64,000 bases of DNA from an uncultured Clostridia bacterium (GCA_947632015.1 CANRNP010000002.1:17421-81420); one strand, 5' to 3'; positions 27,404 through 36,764 are shown, numbered from the stretch's first letter. Made by a program: numbers and translations. Notes: generated by a model not told the origin, from the letters alone.

Positions 27404-28042
27404 TTACCTTTCTTTGTTTTGCGTTTTGAGCGCCTCTTCGAGGACGAATACCCTTTCGCGGAGGGCGCAGAGCTCTTTGACGAGCGGGTCCTCCTTTTCG
27501 GGCAAGAGGTCCTGCACCTTCTCTCCGTTGATGCGGACGACCCGTCCCGGTACGCCAACGACCGTTGCAAAGGGCGGAACTTCGCTTAAAACGACCGCGC
27601 CCGCGCCGATCTTCGCGCCTTCGCCGACGGTGAAGCCGCCCAAGACTTTCGCCCCGCTCGATATGGTGACGTTCTTCTTCACGGTGGGGTGGCGCTTCCC
27701 CTTCTCTTTGCCCGTGCCGCCGAGGGTGACCCCCTGGTAGATGACGACCCCCTCTTCGATCTCCGCCGTCTCTCCGATGACGACGCCCGCGCCGTGGTCG
27801 ATGAACACTCCCGCGGCGATCTTGGCGGCGGGATGGATCTCGATCCCCGTCGTGCGCTTCGCCCACTGCGACGCCATGCGCGCGAGGAGCTTGAAATGCA
27901 TGCGGTAGAGCCTGTTCGCGAAGCGGTGCCACGAGAGGGCGTGCACACCCGAATAGGTGAGCCATATCTCGAATTTGTTGCGGGCGGCGGGGTCGTTCCG
28001 TTTTGCCGCGGCGATGTCCTTTCTCAATCTTGCAAAAAACAT
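27404..28042 (-). CDS. cysE: Serine O-acetyltransferase
   Basis: 212 aa. DPAARNKFEIWLTYSGVHALSWHRFANRLY... followed by hexapeptide repeats (GIEIHPAAKIAAGVFIDHGAGVVIGETAEI). Confidence 0.9.
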   Translation of the reverse strand: MFFARLRKDIAAAKRNDPAARNKFEIWLTYSGVHALSWHRFANRLYRMHFKLLARMASQWAKRTTGIEIHPAAKIAAGVFIDHGAGVVIGETAEIEEGVVIYQGVTLGGTGKEKGKRHPTVKKNVTISSGAKVLGGFTVGEGAKIGAGAVVLSEVPPFATVVGVPGRVVRINGEKVQDLLPEKEDPLVKELCALRERVFVLEEALKTQNKER

Positions 28043-28091
28043 TTTCCCACCTCCCCTTCAATTTATGAACCGCCCCGAAGTTTTGCCCGCG

Positions 28092-28718
28092 TCAGCGGGC
28101 GCGGCGGATGGGAATGGAATCGATCTTGTATTCCGCGAGACAGTTATCGCGCATCTCCTCGTTGAAGATCTTCTGCATGAGCAGATATTCGAACACGACG
28201 TCGCGCACGTTCTCGCCGCTCAGCGTAAAGCCGCACACGGAAAAGAGGGCGTTTACGTCGGGCGTCTGCATGCGGCAGACGAGGGCGATCGCCATCAGCG
28301 TGCATTTTTCGGGATACAGCCTCCCTTTTACGATCCCCTTCCACACGACGGGCTCGATATCGAGTTTTTTCCCCGCCGATTCGGGCGTTTCGTCATACTT
28401 TTTGAGGATCGCGGGCAGAAGTTTGGCAAAGGTGTATTTGCGGAATCTGTCCTTGAACGCCTCGAAGGGGCGCGGATAGGAAAAGGAAAAGGTGAAGTGG
28501 GTATCTTCGAGCCCCGCCTTGAAATTTTCGAGGACCGCGCGCGGGTCGGGCTGGTAAGCAAGGCGCATCTGCCTGGAATCCTTGCGGGTAATGTTGCCGT
28601 CGGCGCCCACCGTGAGCATTTCGGGCATACGGTAGCCGGGGATCGCCGCGATGCGGGTGTAGTCCGCAAACTGCGCGCAAAAGAATTCGTCGAGTTCTCT
28701 GAGATAGCTGTACTCCAT
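28092..28718 (-). CDS. Hypothetical protein upstream of cysE
   Basis: ORF 28092..28874, with the start set at the ATG at 28716-28718 (MEYSYLRELDEFF...). No family recognised. Confidence 0.45.
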   Translation of the reverse strand: MEYSYLRELDEFFCAQFADYTRIAAIPGYRMPEMLTVGADGNITRKDSRQMRLAYQPDPRAVLENFKAGLEDTHFTFSFSYPRPFEAFKDRFRKYTFAKLLPAILKKYDETPESAGKKLDIEPVVWKGIVKGRLYPEKCTLMAIALVCRMQTPDVNALFSVCGFTLSGENVRDVVFEYLLMQKIFNEEMRDNCLAEYKIDSIPIRRAR

Positions 28719-29030
28719 GTGCCCATTGTAGCATTTTGCGCGGAAAAAAGCAAAGTATTTTGCCGCCCATTCTGAAAAAAACCGCCGAAAAGCGCCGCCC
28801 GCGCCCATGCGGTGTCCCGTTTGAAAAAAATACGAAATTTTCGCCGCAAAATTCAAGAAAGTGTGAAAGTACAACGAAAACTTTTTTCACAATGGAGAAA
28901 TGTCACAAAAATTCGCGGAAATATTGATAAAATCGGCAGTTTTCAATATGTTTTTTGGAAAAATCACTTGCAAATTTTCAACAACTGTGTTAAGATTGTA
29001 CATGAAAACGAAGATTTCAGGAGTATGCCC

Positions 29031-29789
29031 ATGAAAAAAGATCGCATCGAAGAGATCGCCGAGCTTTTGGATAAGCGCGGCAAACTGACTTTGAGCCAGC
29101 TCGACACCTATTTCCCCGACGTTTCGCAAATGACCCTCCGCCGCGATTTGTTGGAACTTGAAAAGGCGGGGCGCATCATAAGGGTCCGCGGCGGGGCGAT
29201 GTCCGTGAAGGAAGTCCAGAAGGTCTCCAACGAGCCCTACGCCAAAAAGACCGCCATGCACACCGACGAGAAGATCCGCATCGCGCAGAAGGCGGCGAGC
29301 CTCATCGAAGAGAACTGCTCCCTCTTCATCGACGGCGGCACCACGGCGATGTGTCTTGCCAAAGAATTGCCCGACATTCCCATGCATATCTTCACCAACG
29401 GGCTCGCCGTTGCCATTGAGCTCGCCCAAAAGAAGAACCTCAACGTGACCATGCTCGGCGGGCAGGTGATGAAGGAAAACCTCTCCACCGCTTCCCCCGT
29501 CGCGACCAGCTATTTCGAAAATACCAACTTTGAGCTCGCGATCATCTCCGCCTCGGCGTTTACGCCCGAAAACGGCTTCTCGTGCGGCTCGATGGTAGAG
29601 GCGGACCTGCTCAAAATGGCGCGCCAGAAGGCAAAATCGCTCTACATGATGCTCGACAGTTCCAAGATCGGCAAGATCATGCCCCATACCTTCGCGCGGC
29701 TCGAAGACATCGACGTGCTCATTACGGACGACGAATTCCCCGCCGACCTCAAAGAACAATTCCAGCTCAAAGACATCGTTGTGATGTAA
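29031..29789 (+). CDS. DeoR-family transcriptional regulator
   Basis: MKKDRIEEIAELLDKRGKLTLSQLDTYFPDVSQMTLRRDLLELEKAGRIIRVRGGA is a DeoR HTH, followed by a DeoR C-terminal sensor domain. AGGAG lies 9 nt before the ATG at 29031. Confidence 0.85.
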   Translation: MKKDRIEEIAELLDKRGKLTLSQLDTYFPDVSQMTLRRDLLELEKAGRIIRVRGGAMSVKEVQKVSNEPYAKKTAMHTDEKIRIAQKAASLIEENCSLFIDGGTTAMCLAKELPDIPMHIFTNGLAVAIELAQKKNLNVTMLGGQVMKENLSTASPVATSYFENTNFELAIISASAFTPENGFSCGSMVEADLLKMARQKAKSLYMMLDSSKIGKIMPHTFARLEDIDVLITDDEFPADLKEQFQLKDIVVM

Positions 29790-29807
29790 CCCGAACGGAA
29801 ATAAGCG

Positions 29808-29838
29808 CGGGGAGGCGAAAGATCGCCTCCCCGTTTTG
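29808..29838 (+). terminator. Rho-independent terminator after the DeoR gene
   Basis: CGGGGAGGCGA-aaga-TCGCCTCCCCG followed by TTTTG. Confidence 0.7.
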
Positions 29839-29876
29839 CATCAGGCGGCGTTCCGCCGCCGAATTTCCGCCCGCCG

Positions 29877-30398
29877 TCAATTCCCGAAATAGATCGCTTC
29901 GACCATGCTTCGGGCGAGCTCTTCCGCCGAGCCTTCACAGCCGTTTTCCAGCCACGCCATAGAGACGTTGAACAGCATCCCCGCATAGAGGTAGGGGGAA
30001 TAGCGGTTTCCGCCGACGCGGTCGTTTTCGAACGTTTCGACGAAGCTCTTGTTGAGAAAGTCGAGATAGAGATATTCGAGGCGCGCCCGCTTGATGAGGC
30101 GGAATACTTCCTCGTTTTCCCGGAACATTCCGAAGGCGCTCTGCGCGATCGCGATATAGTCCTCCTTGCACCGCGGATAAAAGCGCTGTATGTGCATGAA
30201 ATCTTTTGTATTGTGCTCGAAATAGTAGACGAGGACGTCCTCTTTCCGCTTGAAATAGCGGTAAAACGTCGCCCTCCCCACGCCCGCCTTTTGGGCGATG
30301 TCGGTAACGCCGATCTTTTCGAACGAAATTTCCTTCATGAGCCTGAAAAGCGCCTGCACGATGTAAAAACGGGTATATTCTTCGGGCGTTGGTTCCAT
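29877..30398 (-). CDS. TetR/AcrR-family transcriptional regulator
   Basis: FEKIGVTDIAQKAGVGRATFYRYFKRKEDVL is the TetR HTH. Start chosen at 30398 (MEPTPEEY). The ORF-track start is 30437. Confidence 0.85.
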   Translation of the reverse strand: MEPTPEEYTRFYIVQALFRLMKEISFEKIGVTDIAQKAGVGRATFYRYFKRKEDVLVYYFEHNTKDFMHIQRFYPRCKEDYIAIAQSAFGMFRENEEVFRLIKRARLEYLYLDFLNKSFVETFENDRVGGNRYSPYLYAGMLFNVSMAWLENGCEGSAEELARSMVEAIYFGN

Positions 30399-30581
30399 GA
30401 GACAAATTTCCCCCTTCTGTCTTTTTTGCGGCGACACTTCGGGCGGTTGTGTCTTTTCCCCCTTTTTTGCGCTTGCTTTTTCCGCCGCTTTCCTCTATGA
30501 TACACTTGTCTCACGCAAAAGTCAACCGAAACGCGCGTCGGCGGCAACGCGGGGGGCAAAAAATCGGAAAGGAGTAAAAAA

Positions 30582-31118
30582 ATGGAAGAAAAAGACTTTG
30601 TGACGTTCGAGTATAAGACGGTTTCGGTCAAGGCGGAACAGCAACCGAAATGCGCAGACCTGTACGAAGCGTTCGGTTGGGAGATCATTTCGGCGGCGCC
30701 GTCGATGGCGGGAAACGTCGTGCTCTCCCTCAAACGGGACAGAAAATTGAAGCACAAGCAGGAGCTGAAAAAAGTCGAGCGGCAGGCGGAGGAAGTTTCC
30801 CGCACCCTCGAACGGCTCGAACGGTCGAAAACGGCGGGACCCTCCGGGTTTGCCTATCTGTTCGGGATCGTCGCCGCGCTCGTTCTGGGGGGCGGAATGT
30901 GTCTCGTGATGCTGACGGAGAACAATCTTCCCGCGCTCATCGGCGGGATCGTCCTCGGCATCGCGGGGATCGTCCTCTGCGGGGTGAATTACCTCATCTA
31001 TAAAAAGGGGGTGGAAAGGCGGCTCAAACGGGTGCTGCCCGCCGTCGACGAAAACGAGGAAAAACTTGCGGATCTGCTCGAAAAGGGCAACGATCTGCTC
31101 CGCGCCGATCTTATCTGA
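30582..31118 (+). CDS. Hypothetical membrane protein (soluble N-domain, coiled-coil segment, 2 TM helices), divergent from the TetR gene
   Basis: 178 aa. TM segments are FAYLFGIVAALVLGGGMCLVML and LIGGIVLGIAGIVLCGVNYLI. Confidence 0.5.
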   Translation: MEEKDFVTFEYKTVSVKAEQQPKCADLYEAFGWEIISAAPSMAGNVVLSLKRDRKLKHKQELKKVERQAEEVSRTLERLERSKTAGPSGFAYLFGIVAALVLGGGMCLVMLTENNLPALIGGIVLGIAGIVLCGVNYLIYKKGVERRLKRVLPAVDENEEKLADLLEKGNDLLRADLI

Positions 31119-31163
31119 CAAGAGAGCGCCGCGCTTTTTGCGCGGCGCTCTTCTTTTTTTCGG

Positions 31164-31985
31164 TTATCCGTTCTCCTGCGCGGCAACGAAAACGATCCCC
31201 GCGGCGTTCGGTCCGATATGGGCGCCGACGGCGCAACAAATGCGGAATACGCGCCCTTCCCGCCCCACCGCCTTCATGAGCTCGCAGGCGGGCGTTTCGG
31301 GTTCGGTGCGCAAAAAGTAAACGGGATAGGCGGGATCGGTCCGCGCGGAGAGATACTCGTTTGCGAGCGCTTGGAGCGCCTTTTTCTGCCCGTGCGCCCT
31401 GCCCGTCATGACGACCGTCCCCTCCCGCGAGACCCCGACGATGGGCTTTATGCCGAGAAGATCCCCCACAAAGGCGACGCTCCGCTTGATCCTTCCCCCC
31501 TTGCGCAGATATTCGAGGGTATCCACACAGGCGCAAAGGCGGATACGGGGGCGCAATTCATCGAGAATGGCAACGACCTCATCCGCGCTCTTTTCCCGGT
31601 TTTGGACCGCCGCCTCCACAAGGATGCGGAGCATGGCGGTGGTGCAGAGGGTCTCATAGATATGCACTCGCGTAAATCCCCCCTCCTCTTTGGCGAGCCG
31701 CGCGGCGTTCGTCGTGCCCGACAGCGCCGAAGAGATGAGAAGGGCCAGCGTTTCCTCTCCGCCCGTCCGCGTAAACGCCTCGAAAAACAGTTCCTGCGAA
31801 GGTTGCGAGGTGTGCGGGAATTCGCCCGACAGCAACCTCTTATAAAAGTCCTCCTTCGTGAGCTCCACCCCGTCGAGAAACGCCTCCGCGCCGAATACGA
31901 CGGTGAGCGGGACGACTTCGATCCCCAGCGCGCGCGCCTCCTCTTGCGAGATCTCCGCGGAAGAATCGGTGATGATTTTCAGCAT
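31164..31985 (-). CDS. DegV-family fatty-acid-binding protein
   Basis: MLKIITDSSAEISQEEARALGIEVVPLTVVFGAEAFLDGVELTKEDFYKRL...TSQPS. The start is taken at the 12th codon of the listed ORF. Confidence 0.88.
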   Translation of the reverse strand: MLKIITDSSAEISQEEARALGIEVVPLTVVFGAEAFLDGVELTKEDFYKRLLSGEFPHTSQPSQELFFEAFTRTGGEETLALLISSALSGTTNAARLAKEEGGFTRVHIYETLCTTAMLRILVEAAVQNREKSADEVVAILDELRPRIRLCACVDTLEYLRKGGRIKRSVAFVGDLLGIKPIVGVSREGTVVMTGRAHGQKKALQALANEYLSARTDPAYPVYFLRTEPETPACELMKAVGREGRVFRICCAVGAHIGPNAAGIVFVAAQENG

Positions 31986-32079
31986 GAAATATCCTCCTTC
32001 TGCCGATTTCTCCCGCATTATAGCGCAACCCGTTCACTTTGTCAACTAATTTATCCCCCTTTTCCGCGCTTGCGCCCCC

Positions 32080-32292
32080 TCAATATTCCGCGATCCCCAA
32101 AACGTAGTCCGAGCGCACGTCGAGGAGCGCGCAAAGTTTGGCGAAGGTATCCAGCGCGGGGAAAATATCCTGCCGCATATACTTGGAAACGGTCTGCGCC
32201 GAGACCCCGATCGCCTTCGCGACCTCCTTCTGCGCCATGCCGCTCGCCGCGATCACTTCCCTGAGCCGCCTTTGAATGTCTTTCAGCTCCAT
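32080..32292 (-). CDS. XRE-family HTH regulator (small)
   Basis: MELKDIQRRLREVIAASGMAQKEVAKAIGVSAQTVSKYMRQDIFPALDTFAKLCALLDV. The inverted repeat ATCGCAcaataTGCGAT lies just upstream (about 32325-32341). Confidence 0.75.
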   Translation of the reverse strand: MELKDIQRRLREVIAASGMAQKEVAKAIGVSAQTVSKYMRQDIFPALDTFAKLCALLDVRSDYVLGIAEY

Positions 32293-32353
32293 AATTCCCC
32301 CCTATTTTTTTGTCGATTCTTCAAAAAATATCGCACAATATGCGATAAAACGC

Positions 32354-32382
32354 TTGACAATCGCATATTAGGTGATTATAAT
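32354..32382 (+). promoter_or_regulatory. Perfect-consensus SigA-type promoter with no downstream plus-strand CDS
   Basis: TTGACA (32354-32359), exactly 17 nt, TATAAT (32377-32382). Confidence 0.55.
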
Positions 32383-32388
32383 AGGGGT

Positions 32389-32576
32389 AGTTTCCGAAAA
32401 TCCTTTACCTCGGAAACGGTAAGCCGGGCAAAAATACTTTCCCCCTAATAAAGTCATTTTATTCGGTTTACCAAAACGCGCACGGCTGCCTTTCGCCGTG
32501 CGCGTCCTTTGTGGGGGGGTGAAGATGAAGGAGCTCGGAAACAAAAAGGACGGCAGAGCGCCGTCCTTTCTGTTTG
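32389..32576 (+). ncRNA. Candidate structured small RNA or orphan riboswitch-like leader (about 190 nt), class unknown
   Basis: Three consecutive hairpins lie downstream of the promoter:
- GTTTCCGA/TCGGAAAC (32390-32417)
- GGTAAGCCG/CGGTTTACC (32418-32472)
- CGCGCACGGC/GCCGTGCGCG (32477-32504)
A G7 run that could pair with CCCCC at 32441-32445 follows. The region ends in the terminator GGACGGC-agagc-GCCGTCC plus TTTCTGTTT (32548-32575), which is shared with the convergent PEPCK gene. Confidence 0.3.
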
Positions 32577-32579
32577 TGC

Positions 32580-34352
32580 TTATGCTTCGCAATTTGCTTT
32601 CAAAACTCTCAGGCTGGCTTTGAGCTCTTCGGGCAGACGGTCGCCGAACTGCTCGTAATAGCCCTCGATCTCGTCCGCTTCCGCGCGCCAGCGCTTTTTA
32701 TCGACATAGAGAATGCTGTCGAGCGTCTCCTCGGTGAGATCCAGCCCCGTAAGGTCGATGTCCTTTGCGTAGGGAACGTAGCCGATCGCCGTCTCTCTCG
32801 CGTCCACCGCATTTTGGCAACGTTTCAGGATCCAGTCGAGCACGCGCATGTTGTCGCCGAAGCCGGGCCAGATGAAGTTGCCCGCTTCGTCCTGGCGGAA
32901 CCAGTTGACGTTGAAGATCTTGGGCGGATTCTTGATCTTTTTGCCCATCTCGATCCAGTGCCCGAAATAGTCCGCCATGTGATAGCCCGCAAACGGCTTC
33001 ATCGCCATCGGGTCGTGGCGCAGAACGCCGACCGCGCCCGTTGCGGCGGCGGTCGTCTCCGAGCTCATAATGGAGCCCACGAACACGCCGTGGTTCCAGT
33101 CGCGGGACTGGTAGACGAGGGGCGTCGTGGTGGCGCGTCTACCGCCGAAGATGATCGCGTCGAGCGGGACGCCTTCTTTGGAATCGAATTCGGGGGAGAG
33201 GCAAGGGCAGCCCGTTGCGGGAGCGGTAAAGCGGGAGTTAGGATGCGCCGCCTTCGTGCCGCTCTCAGGCGTCCATTCGTTTCCGAGCCAGTCGATGAGG
33301 CGGGCGGGCGCCTGTTTGGTGAGCCCTTCCCACCACACCGTGTTGTCGGAAGGGTCGATCGCGACGTTGGTGAAGATGGCGCCCCGCTTCGTTGCGGCGA
33401 GGGCGTTGGGGTTGCTCTTTTCGTTGGTGCCGGGCGCCACGCCGAAGAAGCCGTTTTCGGGGTTCACCGCCCAAAGCCTGCCGTCTTTGCCGATCCTGAT
33501 CCAGGCGATGTCGTCGCCCACGCATTCCACTTTATATCCCTTTTCGAGATAGTGTTTGGGGGGAATGAGCATGGCGAGGTTGGTCTTGCCGCAGGCGGAA
33601 GGGAAGGCTGCCGCGACGTAGTGTTTGGAGCCGTCGGGGAAGGTCACCCCCAAAATGAGCATGTGCTCCGCCATCCAGCCCTCGTTCTTGCCGAGGTAGG
33701 AGGCGATGCGCAGGGCAAAGCACTTTTTGCCGAGGAGAACATTTCCGCCGTAAGCGGAGTTCACCGAGATGATGGTGTTATCCTCCGGGAAGTGCATGAT
33801 ATAGCGCTTTTCGGGATCGACGTCGCATTTGCAGTGGAAGCCCTTGATAAAGTCGCCGTCCTCGCCGAGGGCTTCGTAGCAATCGAGCCCCACCCTCGTC
33901 ATGATCGCCATATTGAGAACGACGTAAATGCTGTCGGTCACCTCGATGCCGATCTTGGAGAACGGGGAGCCGACGACCCCCATCGAATAGGGAATGACGT
34001 ACATCGTGCGCCCCTTCATTTTTCCGCGCGCGATCTCGCGGCAAAGGGCGTACGCCTCGGCGGGATCCATCCAGTAGTTGATGGGACCCGCGTCCTCTTT
34101 GTTTTTGCAGCAGATGAACGTACGGTCCTCCACGCGCGCGACGTCGTTTTTCGCCGTGCGGTGGTAGTAACAGCCGGGGAGCTTCTCCTCGTTGAGTTTG
34201 ATCATCTCGCCCGTCTTTACGCCCTCTTTTCTGAGCGCTTCGAGCTGCGCTTCGCTGCCGTCGATCCAGACGATTTGGTCGGGCTCGGCGAGTTTTGCGC
34301 TCTCTTCGACGAACGCAAGGACTTTTTTGTTGTTGGTAAGTGCCGATGTCAT
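32580..34352 (-). CDS. pckG: Phosphoenolpyruvate carboxykinase (GTP)
   Basis: MTSALTNNKKVLAFVEESAKLAEPDQIVWIDGSEAQLEAL... GTP-PEPCK kinase motifs are present (AAAFPSACGKTNLAML, WMAEHMLILG). The start is the 16th codon of the listed ORF. Confidence 0.92.
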   Translation of the reverse strand: MTSALTNNKKVLAFVEESAKLAEPDQIVWIDGSEAQLEALRKEGVKTGEMIKLNEEKLPGCYYHRTAKNDVARVEDRTFICCKNKEDAGPINYWMDPAEAYALCREIARGKMKGRTMYVIPYSMGVVGSPFSKIGIEVTDSIYVVLNMAIMTRVGLDCYEALGEDGDFIKGFHCKCDVDPEKRYIMHFPEDNTIISVNSAYGGNVLLGKKCFALRIASYLGKNEGWMAEHMLILGVTFPDGSKHYVAAAFPSACGKTNLAMLIPPKHYLEKGYKVECVGDDIAWIRIGKDGRLWAVNPENGFFGVAPGTNEKSNPNALAATKRGAIFTNVAIDPSDNTVWWEGLTKQAPARLIDWLGNEWTPESGTKAAHPNSRFTAPATGCPCLSPEFDSKEGVPLDAIIFGGRRATTTPLVYQSRDWNHGVFVGSIMSSETTAAATGAVGVLRHDPMAMKPFAGYHMADYFGHWIEMGKKIKNPPKIFNVNWFRQDEAGNFIWPGFGDNMRVLDWILKRCQNAVDARETAIGYVPYAKDIDLTGLDLTEETLDSILYVDKKRWRAEADEIEGYYEQFGDRLPEELKASLRVLKANCEA

Positions 34353-34518
34353 GATTGACCTCCGTATAAATTTTCCGCGAATGGGCAAATCGCCCAACTT
34401 CTTCCGAATACATTATAGCACAAAAATTTGTCAATGTAAACGGGTTTGAAAAATTTTTCGCAGAAATGCAATGAACGCGGCGCGTCCCGCAAAGAAGGCT
34501 CATCTCTTTCAAAGAGGG

Positions 34519-35454
34519 CTAATCTCTTTCCACCTTCACGTAATTCCCCGTATCGGCGTCCTGAAACACGACATAGTAGCCGTCCTTTTCCGAATAGGGC
34601 GAAACGGGCACGAAGAGGCTCGCCGCCCTCGCCTCCTTCGGGGGGATCTCTTTGAGCGCAACGCAGAGGAAGCGGGGCACCCCTTCCCCATATACCACGC
34701 CGAGCAGGGCGCGCTCCGTTTTCACCCATTCCGAATGGGGAATGGCGGAGACGAGGGTCTCGTCGCGGGGGTATTTCCCGAACGCCTCGTTCAGCTTTGC
34801 CGCGATCTCATGATAATATGTAAGCCCGCCGCGCGAAATGCGGAAGGGATGGGGGGCGGGCAGCTCTTCCGCGGACGGTTGTCCGTCCTTTTCCCCCTCT
34901 TCGGAAGGGGCGTAATAATTCGCGCCGGCAATGGCTTCGTCGTCGTATTCCGCCGCGGCGACGTCGCCCGGCGGCACGTCCTCATCCTCTTCGAGCACGG
35001 GAACGACGGGCGCGAGCGGCACCTGCGGCGAAGGCGCGCCCGGCACGGCGTTGGGCGGCATGGGCACGGGGATGGGGCGTTTTCCCCCCTCCGAAAAGGC
35101 TCTCAGCAGGGGAGCGTAGTCCTTCGGGGCGTTTCCGCAATGCCCGAAGGCGATCGCCTCGGCTTCCCCGCGCACAAAGCACAAGAGCGCCGCAAACCCG
35201 CCCGCGACGGAGGGCGCGTTTTCGATGTGCAACGCCTCGTTCCCCTTCATTTCGAAGCAGAAATATTGCCCGCCCGCTTCGATGCAGAGGGCGTATCTGC
35301 CGTCGCTGAGGGGGGAGAGCCCCGCGATCCGCGGCGTAACGACGAGCTTTTCCCCCATTCTCTCCGCATAAACCGCCCCCGTGACGGGCGCGCCGTCCGC
35401 CGTAAACCCTTTTTTCACTTGTTTGAGGATACATAATCTTTTTTCGTAAGCCAT
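34519..35454 (-). CDS. Hypothetical protein with a central Pro-rich/acidic linker
   Basis: Start at the ATG at 35452-35454 (MAYEKRLCILKQVKKGF...). The longer ORF-track N-terminus is basic junk. No family recognised. Confidence 0.5.
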   Translation of the reverse strand: MAYEKRLCILKQVKKGFTADGAPVTGAVYAERMGEKLVVTPRIAGLSPLSDGRYALCIEAGGQYFCFEMKGNEALHIENAPSVAGGFAALLCFVRGEAEAIAFGHCGNAPKDYAPLLRAFSEGGKRPIPVPMPPNAVPGAPSPQVPLAPVVPVLEEDEDVPPGDVAAAEYDDEAIAGANYYAPSEEGEKDGQPSAEELPAPHPFRISRGGLTYYHEIAAKLNEAFGKYPRDETLVSAIPHSEWVKTERALLGVVYGEGVPRFLCVALKEIPPKEARAASLFVPVSPYSEKDGYYVVFQDADTGNYVKVERD

Positions 35455-35570
35455 AAGAGCCCTCTCTTTTTGCCTTTCAGCATACCGCAAACGCAGGCGA
35501 AAAAATTGCAAATGGGTGTAAAAAAACCGCGACTTTGCGCGGTTTTTTCTTTTTTTCGGGCGAAGTTTTC

Positions 35571-36764
35571 TCAAAGGGAGAACGGATCCTCTTCCCCGGC
35601 GGAAAAACTTTCGGTGGCGAGGCAAAAACAGCGGTCGGTGTCTGCGATCTTCTTACAGCCGTCGCCGTTTATGTAAAAAATATGCTTGCCGTCCGTGCAA
35701 TAGACGCCTCCGTCGCGGCAGAGCGCGAAATCGCACACGCCGCTTCTGAGCGTCTGTTCGCCCCCCTCGCCGAGCCGCACGAGTTTCCAGCTCGCGGGGA
35801 TGAAGCCCGCTTCTTTGTTCTTTTTCGCGTTGCGCTTGTATTCCTTTTCCGCGTCGATTAAGGCGCCGTCCAAAAAAAGTTTGCGCGGATCGGACTTTTT
35901 GCCCCGCGCGGGATTCTCGCCCCCCGCGGGCGCGGAAGTGAGGCTCGTATGTCCGAAGAGCGCCACAAACGCCTGCAAGAACCCGAAGATCGCCTTCAAA
36001 ATGCGGAAGGGAAAGAGCAAAATATCGAGAAAGACGTTGCTCCCGCGCTCCGCCGTTTCGGGGCGTTTGATGCAATAAAGTTCGCCGTTTTGTGCGAATT
36101 TCGGCTTAACGTATGCAAATTTTTTGTCACTTTTGTATTCTTTGATTTCGAGCGTCGTAAGGTTGAGTTCGCAGATGACGGCGGGCGCGTACCTGCCGGC
36201 GAATTCCCCTTGGGCGTTCCTGCCCACGCCCGCGCTGTCGAAGTAAAGCAGGTTGGCGTCGGAGGGGAAAAAGCAGGGGTCGGCGTCGCGGGAGTCGCCC
36301 TCGGTGAGGGTTTTCAGCTCGGACGAACGCATGTCGAGGAGCCCGACGGAGGCGGTGGCGCCGTCCCGCCGCACGGTAACGGCGAGCGTTTCCCCCGCAC
36401 AGCCGACGGAGAGGATCTCCTCCTCCGAAGAGGTAAAGATGTGCTCCTCGCGCGCGTTTTTCTCGCATACGTCCTTGCGATATACCCCCGACGAGCCGTT
36501 TACCGAAAAGGCGTAAACGACCTTTCCGCCGTCCCAGGCGACGCCGTTGATCGCCGCGTCGATCATCTCTTCCCTGCGGGCGCTATAAAGCTCGTAATCG
36601 CCGCGGAAGCGCGCTCCCTCGCCGCCGAATTTCCATTCGTCGTTTTTCGTGCGCGTCTCCGCATACTCGCGGTAGCGCAAAAGATACTCGCTCTCGTAAA
36701 GAGAGACCCTATCGCCGTCGAACACGCCGATTTTTTCGCCGTCTGCAAAACACAACTTTTCCAT
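35571..36764 (-). CDS. Hypothetical membrane protein (N-terminal beta-rich domain, central TM helix, C-terminal domain)
   Basis: Start at the ATG at 36762-36764 (MEKLCFADGEKIGVFDGDR...). The upstream part of ORF 35571..37385 overlaps the flotillin gene out of frame. TM segment VFLDILLFPFRILKAIFGFLQAFVALF. Confidence 0.5.
   Translation of the reverse strand: MEKLCFADGEKIGVFDGDRVSLYESEYLLRYREYAETRTKNDEWKFGGEGARFRGDYELYSARREEMIDAAINGVAWDGGKVVYAFSVNGSSGVYRKDVCEKNAREEHIFTSSEEEILSVGCAGETLAVTVRRDGATASVGLLDMRSSELKTLTEGDSRDADPCFFPSDANLLYFDSAGVGRNAQGEFAGRYAPAVICELNLTTLEIKEYKSDKKFAYVKPKFAQNGELYCIKRPETAERGSNVFLDILLFPFRILKAIFGFLQAFVALFGHTSLTSAPAGGENPARGKKSDPRKLFLDGALIDAEKEYKRNAKKNKEAGFIPASWKLVRLGEGGEQTLRSGVCDFALCRDGGVYCTDGKHIFYINGDGCKKIADTDRCFCLATESFSAGEEDPFSL

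Noticed and set aside
28719-29030. TGTGAAA-N15-TTTTCACA inverted repeat and A/T-rich region upstream of the DeoR gene as a CRP/FNR-type site or small gene
   Set aside because: The half-site spacing is far from the 6-nt CRP/FNR spacing. There is only one copy. The ORFs here (28736..28927 and the N-terminal extension of 28812..29789) lack an RBS and have junk-like sequence.
32525-32640. 36-codon ORF (MKELGNKKDGRAPSFLFVLMLRNLLSKLSGWL) downstream of the orphan promoter
   Set aside because: It runs through the terminator hairpin and overlaps the 3' end of the convergent PEPCK gene. Its composition is dictated by the antisense strand. I kept it only as a caveat to the sRNA hypothesis.
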